Source: an uncultured Planctomycetota bacterium (GTDB lineage Bacteria; Planctomycetota; Planctomycetia; Isosphaerales; Isosphaeraceae). Taken from it: a DNA stretch of 64,000 bases. The position numbers were made by a program, and so were the translations under genes. Shown here one piece after another: positions 38,951 through 53,758 of this stretch (positions are counted from its first letter, which is position 1; every line of letters begins with the position of its first letter). The notes under the pieces were generated by a model. It worked only from the letters and a program-made list of their open reading frames with translations, was not told where the DNA came from and searched no databases. The stretch is from assembly GCA_963823665.1 (NCBI GenBank), contig CAWGMQ010000007.1:1053273-1117272 (forward strand), in the 5' to 3' direction.

Positions 38951-41453
38951 TCATTCAAGCTGCCGCGCGGGTCGCCGCGCGACCATGTCGATCACGGCAT
39001 CGAGGTCCAGTATCAGCGAGACGCGGCCGTCGCCCAGAATGCTCGCGCCCGAGAGCCCCGGAATCGCCTGAAAGTTCTTCTCGAGGGACTTCAGCACGAC
39101 CTCCTGCATTCCAATCAATTCGTCCACCAAGAGCCCCATCGTGGTTTCGCCGTTCTGCACGACCACGACCGTCCGCTTGTCCCCAGGCGCGCCCCCGGCT
39201 CCGCGCGATCGGCTGACGTCTTGGCCCCGTTACGCGCGCTGGGATGGCTCGCTCCTCCCCATCGAAACACATCGTCGAGCGCGACCAGCGCGATCATCTT
39301 CTTGCGGATCTCGATCGTCGGCCGGCCTTGAACCGGGTAGATCTGGCCCGTGCGGATCTCGACTATCTCGTCAATGTGGTCCAGCGAGATTGCATAGATC
39401 TCGTCGTGGATCCGCACCAGCAGGCTCGAGAGAATCGCCAGGGTCAGCGGCAGCCGGATCGTCAAGGTGGTTCCCTGTCCCAGGGTCGAGCGCACATCGA
39501 CCGTGCCGCTCAGGTTCTCAATGCGGCTCTTGACGATATCCATTCCCACGCCCCGGCCCGAGATCTCCGTGATGGTCTCGGCGGTGGAGAGGCCCGGGTG
39601 CCAGATGTACGCAATCAGATCGCGATCCGAAAGCTCGCGGGCCTCCGTCTCGCCCACCAGCCCTTTCGAAACCACCTTCTTGCGGATCCGCTCGCAGTCG
39701 ATGCCCCGGCCGTCGTCGCTGACCGTGATCACCACGCTGTTGCCGCGGTGAGATGCCGAGAGCGCGACCGTGCCTGGTCTCGGTTTGCCAGCCGCCTCTC
39801 GGTCCTCGGGCGTCTCGAGGCCGTGGTCGACCGCGTTCCGCACCATGTGGATCAGCGGGTCCGAAAGCTCGTCGATCATCCGCTTGTCCAGCTCGGTCTT
39901 CTCGCCGGAGATCTCGAGCACGACCTCCTTCCCCGAGGAATGGCTCAGGTCGCGGATCACGCGCCGGAACCGCTCGAACAGCGGCCCGATCGGCACCATC
40001 CGGGTGTCGAGCACACCTTTCTGCAGGCCGTCGGAGACCCGGCCCAGGCCGTGGATCGCCTCCGCAAGTGCCTTGAGCTGCTCGCGCGCATCGCGCACGA
40101 CATCGAGCTCCTCCTGGATCGTGCGAAAATTGTCGCGCAGCCGCCGCAGATGGGCCGACCATCGTTCCACTCCGGCGCCCGGCGAGCTGCTCTTCAGCTC
40201 CGAAAGGCTTTCGAGCCCGCGGCTGATGCTCTCGAGTCGCTCGTGCGTATCCGACGTCACCGTATGTGCATTCGAGCTCCTGAAGAGTTTTTCAAGCCCT
40301 GCCGCGATCGCGATGAACCTCGCCTTGGTGATCACCAGCTCGCCGGCCAGATTCATCAGGTGGTCGAGCCGGTCGCTGTCGACGCGGATCGTTTCGGCGA
40401 TCTTCGATTTTCCACCGGCAGGCTTTGGCGGCGACGGCACGGCAGCAGCGTTGCGCGGTTCCGTGGCGGCCACCGGCACCTTGCCTGACACTGCGACCAG
40501 GGCGAGATCGTCTGATTGCTGCGCTGGAAGGGCGGCGACCGCTCGAGCCTCCGCTCGAGCCTCTCTCGCGCAAGGCCGGCTTCGCCGCTTTCACCCGGCC
40601 CGCCGATCGCCTCCAGTCGAATGTCCTCGACACCCTCGACGTCCGCCAGGCCGCGCAGCTCCTCCGCATCGGCCTCGGTTGTCAGGAAAACGGTAAAGCG
40701 CGTGAGGGCTTCGATCTCTTCGAGTTGTTCGACCGGCGGGCTGGTCGACAGGATTCGCGCCTTGCCCGAAAGCCGGTTCAGCACGAGTCGAGCCTTCATG
40801 TCGGCCAGCGGAAGACCAGGCTGAAAGCTCACCACGACCGCAATCGCGGCGCCTTCCTCGAGCCGCGGCTGCGCAGCGGCTGCCACTCGCTCTGGTGTAG
40901 CAGGCACCCTCCGTGTGCCGCCCGCTCCGTGTTCCACCGGAAGTGCTGGCTCTGGTGTAGCAGACACACTCCGTGTGCCGCCCGCTCCGTGTTCCGCCGG
41001 AGGTGCTGGCTCTGCCAGTGTCGACTTCGGGGCCTGGGAAACGGTCGCGGTCGGCGCTTGAGCCTGTGCAAGATGCTCGATCACTCGCTCGATCGACCCG
41101 GACAGCTCGACTTCGCTCTGGCCTCGGGCGCGCAGGTCGCGATGATAGTCGCGCAGCTCGTCCAGGCAGCCGAACGTCAAATCGAGCGTGGCGCGGTCCA
41201 GAATGCGCTTCGCACAGCGAAGCTGGTCGTACAGACTCTCGAGGTGGTGCGTCAGCTTGTTGACCGGCCCAAACCCCATGATGACGGATGAGCCCTTGAT
41301 GCTGTGAAAGAAGCGGAATGCTTCCTGTAGCGCTTTCGCGTCCGCCGGGTCTTGCTCGAGGCGGAGCAGGGCGTCGTTCAAGGCGGCAATGTGCTCGTCC
41401 GTCTCGTCGAGGTAGAAGGGCATCAGCTCGGCGACGTTAAACCCCGACATCAC
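38951..41453 (-). CDS. cheA: Chemotaxis histidine kinase, frameshifts near 40500 and 39180
   Basis: Hpt FHSIKGS; TIRVDSDRLDHLMNLAGEL, HMVRNAVDHG, SGRGVGMDIV, LPLTLAI; C-terminal CheW-like domain GASILGDGRV. Confidence 0.95.
40889..41014. repeat. 60-bp tandem repeat carrying a GTAG-type REP inside the cheA linker
   Basis: GTAGCAGGCACMCTCCGTGTGCCG twice; matches the REP at 63746-63774. Confidence 0.8.
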
Positions 41454-41520
41454 CCTCTCCCGAATTCGCGGCGATTACGGCACGGTTGCACTGGAGCGGC
41501 TGCTTGCGTACGGTACTCGC

Positions 41521-42379
41521 TCACGCAGTTCGCTGGTAAAGCCACGGCTTGATCCTCTTGAGCGGGTCGAGCATGGCGTAGATTCCCTCGGTGGGGCCGG
41601 TCACGAGATATCCCCCTTTCGCCAGCGCATCGAGTCACGTTGCGCACCACGGTTTTCTTCGAGTCGGTATCAAAGTAAATCAGCACGTTTTTGAGGAAGA
41701 TGCAGTCAAACGGCTCGCTGTCGAGACTGCGGAGCAGGTTGTGCTGCTTCCAGGTAACAAGCGCCTTGACCTCGCGCCGGATGGTCAGGCGATCGGTGGT
41801 CTTGTCCAGATCGAAGTACGCCAGCCGATCGGCGGGCTCGATCAGGCGGACCGCCCGCGCATCGTAGGTGCCGGCCTGGGCCGCCTTCAGCACCGCGCCG
41901 CTCAAATCGGTCCCCAGCAGCGTGATCGGCCAGCCGGGAAGAAGCGCCTTTCGTGCCAGAAGCTTCAGCGCGATCGAATAGGGCTCTTCACCCGTGCTGC
42001 ACGCCGCCGACCAGATGCGCAGATTCTTGCGCCGTTTCTTGAGGCCCGCGGAGGCCGCGACCTCCGGGAGAAACGTGTCCGCAAGCCATTCGTAATGGTG
42101 CGGGTCTCGGAAAAAGTAGGTTTCGTTGGTGGTGATCTCGTCGAGGAAGAACGGCATCTCGTCGCAGCCCGACGGCGATGTGAGGAAGATGTAATAGCCC
42201 GCGAAGCTCTCGATACCGGTGGCACGCAGCCGCCTGCGCACGCGGTTGCTCACCATCACCCGCTTGTTATCGGCGATCCGGATGCCGGCCACCCGATAGA
42301 TCAGCTCGCAGAACCGCTTGTATTCCTCGCCGGTCAGCTCGAAGTGGTTCATTGGACTTGGTCGGGATGGATCAAGCAC
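41521..42379 (-). CDS. cheR: Chemotaxis methyltransferase, frameshift near 41635
   Basis: ITTNETYFFRD, IWSAACSTGEEPYSIA, GTDLS and NVLIYFD motifs. Confidence 0.95.
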
Positions 42380-42382
42380 TCG

Positions 42383-44931
42383 CTACACCTTGAATCCGGA
42401 AATCACGTTCTTGAGGGTCGCGGCCTGTGCGCCCAGCTCCTCGGCGCTGGCAGAAAGCTCTTCCGAGCTCGAGGCATTGGTCTCGGTCAAGCTCGAGACG
42501 CTCTGGATCGCCTTGTTCACCTCGACCGATGCCTCCGTCTGCTCCTTGGTCGCATCGGCGATCTTGGTGATGCTCGAGGCGGTCTCATCGACCCCCTGCA
42601 CGATCTTCGCCAGCGACTGGCCGGCCCGCTCCGAAAGCTGCGCCCGTCGGCGACGCGCCGGGTCGATTCCTTGATGAGCGCGGTGATCTCCTTGGCGGCG
42701 GCACTGGACCGCTCCGCAAGCTTCCGCACCTCGTCCGCGACCACCGCAAAGCCGAGCCCGTGCTCGCCGGCGCGGGCCGCCTCGATCGCCGCGTTCAAGG
42801 CCAGCAAGTTGGTCTGGCTGGCGATCTCGCTAATCACCTGGATGATATCGCTCACCTGCTCGCTCGACTTCTTGATCAAGACCATGGCCTCGATCGCCTG
42901 CTCGACCGATTCACCTCCCTGCTTGGCGAGCTGCGACGTCTTCGTGGCCTGGGAATTGGCGGCGCCCGCGTTCTGGTTGATCTGGGCGATCGACTGTGAG
43001 AGCTGCTGGATCGAGGCCGACATTTCCTCGACCGTGGCCGCCTGGCTCTGGGCCGATTCGCTCAGGTAGTTGGCGCTTTCGGCGACCACTCGCGAGCCTT
43101 CAGCAAACTGACTGGCTGACTCGATGACTTGCCCGATCAAGCTCTTCAGATCGGCGATCATCGCACCCAGGGCATCGCCCAATCGGCCCATGTCGTCGTC
43201 GCCGCTGACGCCCACCACGACGGTGAGGTCGCCTTCGGCGGCGGCCTTGGCGGCCTTCATGAGCTGATTGACCTTCGTCTCCAGGTCGCGCTTAGCCTGG
43301 TCGATCTTCGCCTGCTGGTCCACTCGCTCGAGCGCGTTCGAGACCAGCCGCCCCACGTTCCGAAGCGCATCGAGCCGGCTCTCACTCGGCGTGATCCGCT
43401 CCTCGGTGAAGAAGTCCATCGTGCCGTAGACCTTATTACCTAGCATGATCGGAAAGCAAACCCCGGCTTTGAGGCCGTTCCGCCGCGCCGCCGGCGCTCG
43501 CGAGCAGGTCTTCATCTCTCCCAGGTCGGATACAAACACCAGCTCCCGGTTCTGCCACGTCTGCCCGTTCAAGCCCTCTCCTTCGCGGAAGCGGGCCTCG
43601 CCCGTCACGCGGCGGAACTCATCACTGACCGACCCCGCGTCCTGTACGAAACGCAGTGTCTGGTCTTCTGGGTTCACAGCCCAGAACGACCCGTACGACC
43701 AGCCGAAAGCCTCGCGCACGCTCGAAAGCGCGGCGGTGATCACTTCGCTCACGCTCCGGCTGCGCCCCAACGCCAACAGCAACTGATTCACGGCCCTGAC
43801 GTCGGCGCCGGTCTCTGCCTCGCGTTTCTGGGCCTCGATTTTCTCGGTGATGACCTCCCAGCTTATCATCGCTCCGATGTGTCGGCCGGCCTCATCCGTC
43901 ATCGCGCTGACGCTGAGCTCGAACAGCTCCGGGCCGACGTTGATCGTTCTCGTGCGCGGCAAGTTGCGCGGATCCGCCAGCAGCCGCTGCTGGTATTCCG
44001 GTGCCTTGTGAAAGACGTCGATCGAGCTGCCGATCATCTGGTCGACCTTGATCGGCAGATGCGCCTCCAGCCGTTTCAGCGTTTGTTCGGCCTTGGGGTT
44101 CATGTACCGGACCTTCAAGTCCAGATCGGCGTACATGATATTGACCGGCGCGTTGTCGACCATCTGTTTGATCCGCGTCAGCTCGCTCTGTCGTGCCAGC
44201 ACCGCATACTTGTCGGAGGCGAGCCTCCCGATCGTTCGCAGCGCCCCGAGCCGCGCCGGTGACGTCTCGGTGCCGTCGGTCGAGAAGAAGTCGAGCGTGC
44301 CGATTACATCATTATCACGCAACATCGGCAGAGCGACGGCCGTCTTGATCCCCGCACGCCGAGCCAGTGGGGCTCGGCAGCAATCCTGCAGCTCACCCAG
44401 GTCGGAGACGTGAAAAAGATCGCGGAGCCGCCACGCTCGGCCGTTGAGCCCCTCTCCCTGCTTGAACCGTGCCGTGCGCGTCAGTTGATGAAACTCCTCA
44501 TCGACACGGCCCGATTCCGCCGCGAAGACCAGCGCGTTCTCGCTCGGATCGACGGCCCAGTACGATGCATATGACCAGCCGAATTCATTGCGGATCGTCT
44601 CGAGCGCCGCGCGGATGACTTCATCTTTCGTCTGGGCACGGATGACGGCGTTGATCGTGTCGATCATCGCCTGCGTGTTGGAGTTAGCCTCCGCCAGCAG
44701 GGCACTGGCTTCTTCGGCGATCTCGAGCGCCGCCGGCGAGTTCGAAGATTTGGAGTTTTTCGTCGATTTCATCGCGGAATTCCTGGTTGGGCTGGCTTTT
44801 CTGCCGTCGGGTGTCGATTCGCCGGCGGAGCGCTTCTCGGGTTGCTCTGACAACTTGGCGGTTTGACGCACACTGTGCCCCCGAACGATCGTTCCGGGCG
44901 TGCGGCGACGAGTTTCCTGTCGTTTGGCCAT
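42383..44931 (-). CDS. Soluble methyl-accepting chemotaxis protein (GAF-PAS-GAF-HAMP-MA), frameshift near 42640
   Basis: Two GAF repeats (GEGLNG.W), PAS IDVFHK, and [37 protein letters not shown]; no TM helix. Confidence 0.93.
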
Positions 44932-45011
44932 GGCTGTTTCGCAGTCTCGGAAAAAATCAAGAAGTCTGGCGAGGAGTTCAGTTGAGTTGATTTGATTCGG
45001 CGGCGGAAGGG

Positions 45012-45566
45012 TCATCCTTCCGGGCTCGTGGGGTTCGCGGCCGTCTCGCCGATCTTCTCCCCCCACTGGCTATTGACCACGGTGCTTCGCTCGTCGAACA
45101 GCCGATCGATGTCCAGGATGATCAGCAGCCGGTCTTCCAGCCGCGCCAGGCCTGCCACGTATTGATGGGAAACCGAGAGGACCGACAGCGGTGGCGGCTG
45201 GATTTGATCACGATTGATGCGCATCACCTGAGTCACGGCATCGACGATGCATCCCACGGTCTTATCGTGGATGTTCACAACAATGGTCCGCGTTTCGTCG
45301 TCGACGTCGCGGGGCGTCAAGCCGAAGCGTTTGCGTAAATTGACGATCGGAATGACCGACCCGCGCAGGTTGATGAGCCCCTCGATGAATTCCGGAACCT
45401 GCGGAATCCGCGTGATCGGCTTCATCAAGATGATTTCTTGGATCTTGGTGATCGCGATCGCGTAGTCTTCGTTGTCCAGGCGAAAGCCTACAAGCTGGAT
45501 AATCGGGTTATCCGTTCGTCGTGACGGTTCGACGAGTGGCTGAGTCTTCCGCGATCCGGCGACCAT
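45012..45566 (-). CDS. cheW: Chemotaxis adaptor
   Basis: [32 protein letters not shown] and GCIVDAV motifs. Confidence 0.95.
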   Translation of the reverse strand: MVAGSRKTQPLVEPSRRTDNPIIQLVGFRLDNEDYAIAITKIQEIILMKPITRIPQVPEFIEGLINLRGSVIPIVNLRKRFGLTPRDVDDETRTIVVNIHDKTVGCIVDAVTQVMRINRDQIQPPPLSVLSVSHQYVAGLARLEDRLLIILDIDRLFDERSTVVNSQWGEKIGETAANPTSPEG

Positions 45567-45822
45567 GGTGCGCTGCCTTGATGCGAGGGCCAATCAGTGC
45601 TGCATGACTTGCAGCTTACTATCCTACCGCGCATCCGGGTCGTTTGCAGTTAATTGTTGATGTCAACGGTGAGGCGACGTGGGCGAAGCCGTCCCGCGCT
45701 ATTCCCACCCGCAAACCTTGGCCCGACGTCAGAACCCGCAAAGCACTCCTCCCCCTCGCCGGGGAGGTGCCGCCGCAGGCGGCGGAGGGGATGCCGAACA
45801 CTCCGTCTCCCGACTCTGCTGC

Positions 45823-46383
45823 TCACTTGATCACGGCCGGGAGTTCCTTCCCTTTCGGGTAGAACTTGATCGACACGGAGTTGACGCAATGGCGCGTGTC
45901 CTTTGGCGTGAGTCCTTCGCCCAGGAACACATGGCCGAGGTGCCCGCCGCAGTTGTTGCAGAGTATCTCCGTCCGGAAACCATCGGAGTCGCTCTCACGT
46001 TTGACCGCACCGGGGATCTCGTCGTCAAAGCTCGGCCACCCGCATTCGCTGTGGAATTTACTGTCGGAACGGTACAGCGGCGCATTGCAGCGCCGGCAGA
46101 TATAGGTGCCCGCTTCCATCAGATTGGTGTACTCGCCGATGAAAGGGGGTTCGGTCCCTTTGCCCAGGATCACTCGTGCTTCGTCGGGTTGGAGCCGGTT
46201 GAACCTGGCATCATCCGGGTCCGGGATCGGGACTCCATGCTTCGCGGAAGGCATATCAGTTCCTCGCTTGGGAAGGTCCGTCAATGAACGGGGCGCTTCA
46301 GGAACGTTCGTCTGCGACGGCAACTTGCTTGTGCGGAGGCCGTCGCATCCGGCAACGGCGAAGCTTAGTCCGACCGAGACCAT
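45823..46383 (-). CDS. msrB: Methionine-R-sulfoxide reductase, possible lipoprotein (start uncertain)
   Basis: [30 protein letters not shown] and RHCVNS motifs; FAVAGC lipobox-like. Confidence 0.92.
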   Translation of the reverse strand: MVSVGLSFAVAGCDGLRTSKLPSQTNVPEAPRSLTDLPKRGTDMPSAKHGVPIPDPDDARFNRLQPDEARVILGKGTEPPFIGEYTNLMEAGTYICRRCNAPLYRSDSKFHSECGWPSFDDEIPGAVKRESDSDGFRTEILCNNCGGHLGHVFLGEGLTPKDTRHCVNSVSIKFYPKGKELPAVIK

Positions 46384-46699
46384 GACCGCTCGCCACCGGA
46401 CCGCCAACCCGCCGCCGGCGGTCTCGGCGCGCCCAGGCCGCCATCCGGCCCGCGGGCCTGGTAGCTTCTTCTCTGTTTTGATCACCGTCCCGCGGACCTT
46501 GACCTCCTGGCCGTCATCGACGCCGAGGCCTTTATCGAGCTCGAAGGTCTTCCCGCGAACGTTGCCATGCAGGGTCTTCGTCATGGTTCATCCTCGTGTT
46601 CGCTAACTGGGTTCATTCTACACTGTTCGGTGTCCACACGAGCGTCTTTTTCGAGCGGAAAGCCAACAGCGCCCACAGAATCTGCACATGAATGCCTCA

Positions 46700-46960
46700 G
46701 CCAGCCCCCACATCTCCCGGTGAAATCGCACGTATGCTGCCGTGGCGACAGGATCGATATCCCAATAGTGCCGGCAGAGCCTTCGATACAGTTTGAGAAC
46801 GGGGTCGTGGCCGCAGAAATCGAGCAATCCATCGAGAGTGTGTTCGATCAGGCGAACATCGCGGCAGCGCGAGCGAATGATATCCTCCACCACACGGGTG
46901 TATTCCACTTCCGCCCGTTCGTTGAGCTCCTGAATCCGCGACCCGAATGGATATTCTCCC
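46700..46960 (-). CDS. Hypothetical protein (possibly partial)
   Basis: Protein-like segment IEHTLDGLLDFC...LYRRLCRHYWDIDP.ATA.YV...REMW. Confidence 0.4.
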
Positions 46961-47104
46961 GTTGACTCGCAAGGTCCCCGTTCGCGTCGAAGCCGTCGCC
47001 TCACCGCTTCGAGGGCTTCAAGATCGCTGACAGCGACACTATCCACCGCCGTCAGGTAGGCGCGAAGCTGGGAGAACGTGGGGAGCCACGGGCAGAGACC
47101 GACC

Positions 47105-47420
47105 CTATCGAGCATAGAGAAGATACGCATCCTTGAAAACGTTGGCGGCATCGGGGTGCAATTCTCTCAGCACTGCTGAGACTTTCGCCTGGTCCTGGTA
47201 AGCCTCGTGGAATTGCCGCATTCGCCAGAGATTCTGAGCGGAAAACCCCCTTGCGTTCGCCTGGCGTTTCCGGATGTACTCGGCCAATTCCTTGACCGTC
47301 CCCTGTCCCCAGCCCTTGACAGCGATCCGCCGGCTGATGAGGGCGCCAATCTGAGACGCAGTCCTCCGCTTTCTTCAACACCTACAGAATACAGTTGTAG
47401 CGCACACGATACAGATAGAC
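47105..47420 (-). pseudogene. DUF1016/YhcG-like remnant, internally deleted
   Basis: WGQGTVKELAEYI...RGFSAQNLWRMRQF joined to VFKDAYLL. Confidence 0.6.
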
Positions 47421-47557
47421 GTGGTCAGCGCAGGTCGAATTGACGCAGAGAAGGCGATTTTGGATCAAACTCAAGCCGCCGCGTTCCGCGCAGAATTGTT
47501 GGAAAAAAGGGGGTGTTCTTCTAATCCGTGCGTTATCGACGCAACCTTGCCTCTCCC

Positions 47558-51285
<3,728 letters not shown>

Positions 51286-51845
51286 CGGCAATCGATCACC
51301 AGGTCGGAAGGAATGGAAACACTCCGGATTCACCAAGACAGGTGAGACGGGGAGTGGAGGAAATGAAGCACACCGGCGAGCGCCCACCCACCGGGTGGGC
51401 TGTTAAAAATCCGCGATCTAACGAGCGGTGATATCCCGTCGCGCATGTTGCGCAAGCTTCCCCCGCTTAAGAAGGGGGGGCCAGGGGGGGTGCATTCCGG
51501 CGGCCGCCGTCACAAAGCCGCAGCGCAACACAAAACGCCGAATCTTTCACCGGGAAATTCATCATCAAGGCCTACTTTGCATCCGCCCACCCACTGAATG
51601 CATGCGATTATCGCGCGATTCGACAGAATGTGTCAAGCGAGGCTCGCGCAAGCCAATCACGATCCTCAGGTTCGTCTCCCGCGGAAGAGCGTCACGCCGC
51701 GCGTTCTTCGTATCGCCGCAAGAGCTGACTCTACTCTGACTGCGCTTCGGTCGGCGAATCGGCCCGCGCATCCGCAATTGCCGCGGCGCGCGCCTGATGG
51801 TACAACCAAACGTATCCTTGGAGGTACAACCAGAGGAAACTGCTC

Positions 51846-52568
51846 ATGGGCAACCAGCCTGCGACAGACGCGGCGAATCGGTGCCGCCGGCCCGAGCTGA
51901 TGGACCAGCCCGGACTGGACACTCGAGAGCACGCTCGCGCACTCGCCGGCCTGCGGCGGATCAATCGCGTCAGCCGAAGCGCAGCGATGTACTGGCTCGA
52001 GATCGCCCGCTTTGCGAAGGATAATCCCGACAGACCCCTTCGCATCCTGGACCTCGCCTGCGGAGGCGGCGACGTGCCGATTGCGCTGGCCCTCCGCGCT
52101 CGGCGCTCGCGAATCGATTTACAAATTGAAGGGTGTGACCGAAGCTTTGCAGCCACCGAAGTTGCTCGAGAGCAGGCGGCGCTCCGGGGAGCCCCGGTTC
52201 GATTCTTCACGCTCGATGTCCTGGAAGCCGATATCCCCTCAGGCTTCGACGTCGTCATCTCGTCGTTGTTTCTCCATCATCTCGCGGAGCCGAGCGCGGT
52301 GGCGTTGCTCGAGCGAATGGCCCGCGCCGCCGCAAAAGGAATCTTGATCAACGATCTCGTTCGCGGGCCGCTCGAGTATGCCCTGGCGTGGATCGGATGC
52401 CGTATGCTTACCTTTTCGCCGATCGTTCGGCACGACGGCCCGGTGTCCGTCCGCGCGGCGTTCACGATTCCCGAGGTGCGCCGGCTCGCAAGCCAGGCGG
52501 GCCTTGATCACATTCAGCTCACACGCCACTGGCCGGGCCGGTTCCTCTTGTCGTGGAGTCGCCCATGA
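51846..52568 (+). CDS. SAM-dependent methyltransferase
   Basis: PELMDQP, ILDLACGGGD, SLFLHHL and HDGPVSVRAAFT motifs. Confidence 0.88.
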   Translation: MGNQPATDAANRCRRPELMDQPGLDTREHARALAGLRRINRVSRSAAMYWLEIARFAKDNPDRPLRILDLACGGGDVPIALALRARRSRIDLQIEGCDRSFAATEVAREQAALRGAPVRFFTLDVLEADIPSGFDVVISSLFLHHLAEPSAVALLERMARAAAKGILINDLVRGPLEYALAWIGCRMLTFSPIVRHDGPVSVRAAFTIPEVRRLASQAGLDHIQLTRHWPGRFLLSWSRP

Positions 52569-53758
52569 GCCCGGACCTGGCTGCGCACGATCTGAAGCAG
52601 CTCCACGGCACGACGTGGGATGCAATCGTGATCGGCGCAGGGCCTGCCGGAGCCACGGCCGCGCGGCGATTGTCGATAGCCGGTGCCCGCGTGCTGCTCG
52701 TCGAGAAAAAGCAGTTTCCGCGCCCGAAGGTTTGCGGCGCCTGTCTGAGCCCTTGGGCACTCGACGAGCTCGAGCGCGCCGGGCTCGGATCCCTGGTCAC
52801 GCGGCTCGGCGGGCGCGAGCTGAGCGACTTTCATCTCCGCGTCCAGGGTCAATCGCTGCGCATGGCGATGTCGGGCGGCAGCGCCGTCTCGCGAGCAAAA
52901 CTCGACCTGGCGCTGGCTGCATCGGCGGTCGACGCCGGCTGTGTGTTTCTCGACGGAACGATGGCGCAGGTCGGCTCGGTTTCCGACGGCGTACGCCGCG
53001 TCCTGCTCTCGCGGCACGGGGCCGACGCGCAGGCGGCGGCGCGTGCCGTGCTGATCGCGTCGGGCCTGGGAAAGGGCGTGATTTCAAGAGCACAAGAGCC
53101 GGCCACGCTCGTGGCAAGTGGCTCGCGGATCGGCGCCGGTTGTCGACTGACCTCCGCCCCGGCCGCCTACAGCGGCAACGCGGTTTTCATGGCGATCGGG
53201 GCAGGGGGGTACGTCGGCATGGTGCGTCTGGAGGACGGAAGCTTGAACGTCGCCGCCGCGTTTGATCCTGCTCTGGTTCGGCGCGTCCGCAACCCCGGGG
53301 CCGCGGCGCTCGAGGTGCTCGAAGAAGCCGGGGCTCCCACCGTCGGCGGGCTTGCCGACGCCGAGTGGCGCGGAACCCCAGGTCTCACACGAAGGACCAC
53401 TCCCCTCGCGCACGACCGCCTCTTCTTCCTGGGCGACGCCGCCGGATACATCGAGCCGTTCACCGGCGAAGGCATCGCCTGGGCGCTCGCTTCGGCTCGA
53501 GCGGTTGAACCGTTGGCCTTGAGAGCAATCGAGCGCTGGAGCCCGCACCTGGCTCGAGAATGGGCTCGCACGCATCGCCGGTTGATCGGCCGGCGCCAGC
53601 TCGTCTGCCGCGCGCTCGCCCTCGGGCTCGCTCGGCCCTGGCTCGTGCGAATCGGCTTCGAGACGCTGGAACGCGTTCCCCTGGCCGCCTCGTGCGTCAT
53701 GCGTCTGCTGAACACACCCTCGGTTTATTCGACTGCGAGCAGAACATGCCCGTCTTGA
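52565..53758 (+). CDS. FAD-dependent oxidoreductase (geranylgeranyl reductase-like)
   Basis: IVIGAGPAG, FPRPKVCG and GDAAGYIEPFTGEGIAWA motifs. Confidence 0.9.
   Translation: MSPDLAAHDLKQLHGTTWDAIVIGAGPAGATAARRLSIAGARVLLVEKKQFPRPKVCGACLSPWALDELERAGLGSLVTRLGGRELSDFHLRVQGQSLRMAMSGGSAVSRAKLDLALAASAVDAGCVFLDGTMAQVGSVSDGVRRVLLSRHGADAQAAARAVLIASGLGKGVISRAQEPATLVASGSRIGAGCRLTSAPAAYSGNAVFMAIGAGGYVGMVRLEDGSLNVAAAFDPALVRRVRNPGAAALEVLEEAGAPTVGGLADAEWRGTPGLTRRTTPLAHDRLFFLGDAAGYIEPFTGEGIAWALASARAVEPLALRAIERWSPHLAREWARTHRRLIGRRQLVCRALALGLARPWLVRIGFETLERVPLAASCVMRLLNTPSVYSTASRTCPS

Noticed and set aside
51290..51430. SAM, SAH or cobalamin riboswitch upstream of metH
   Set aside because: Only a short hairpin (CCCACCCACCGGGTGGG) is visible; no consensus aptamer motifs could be identified by eye
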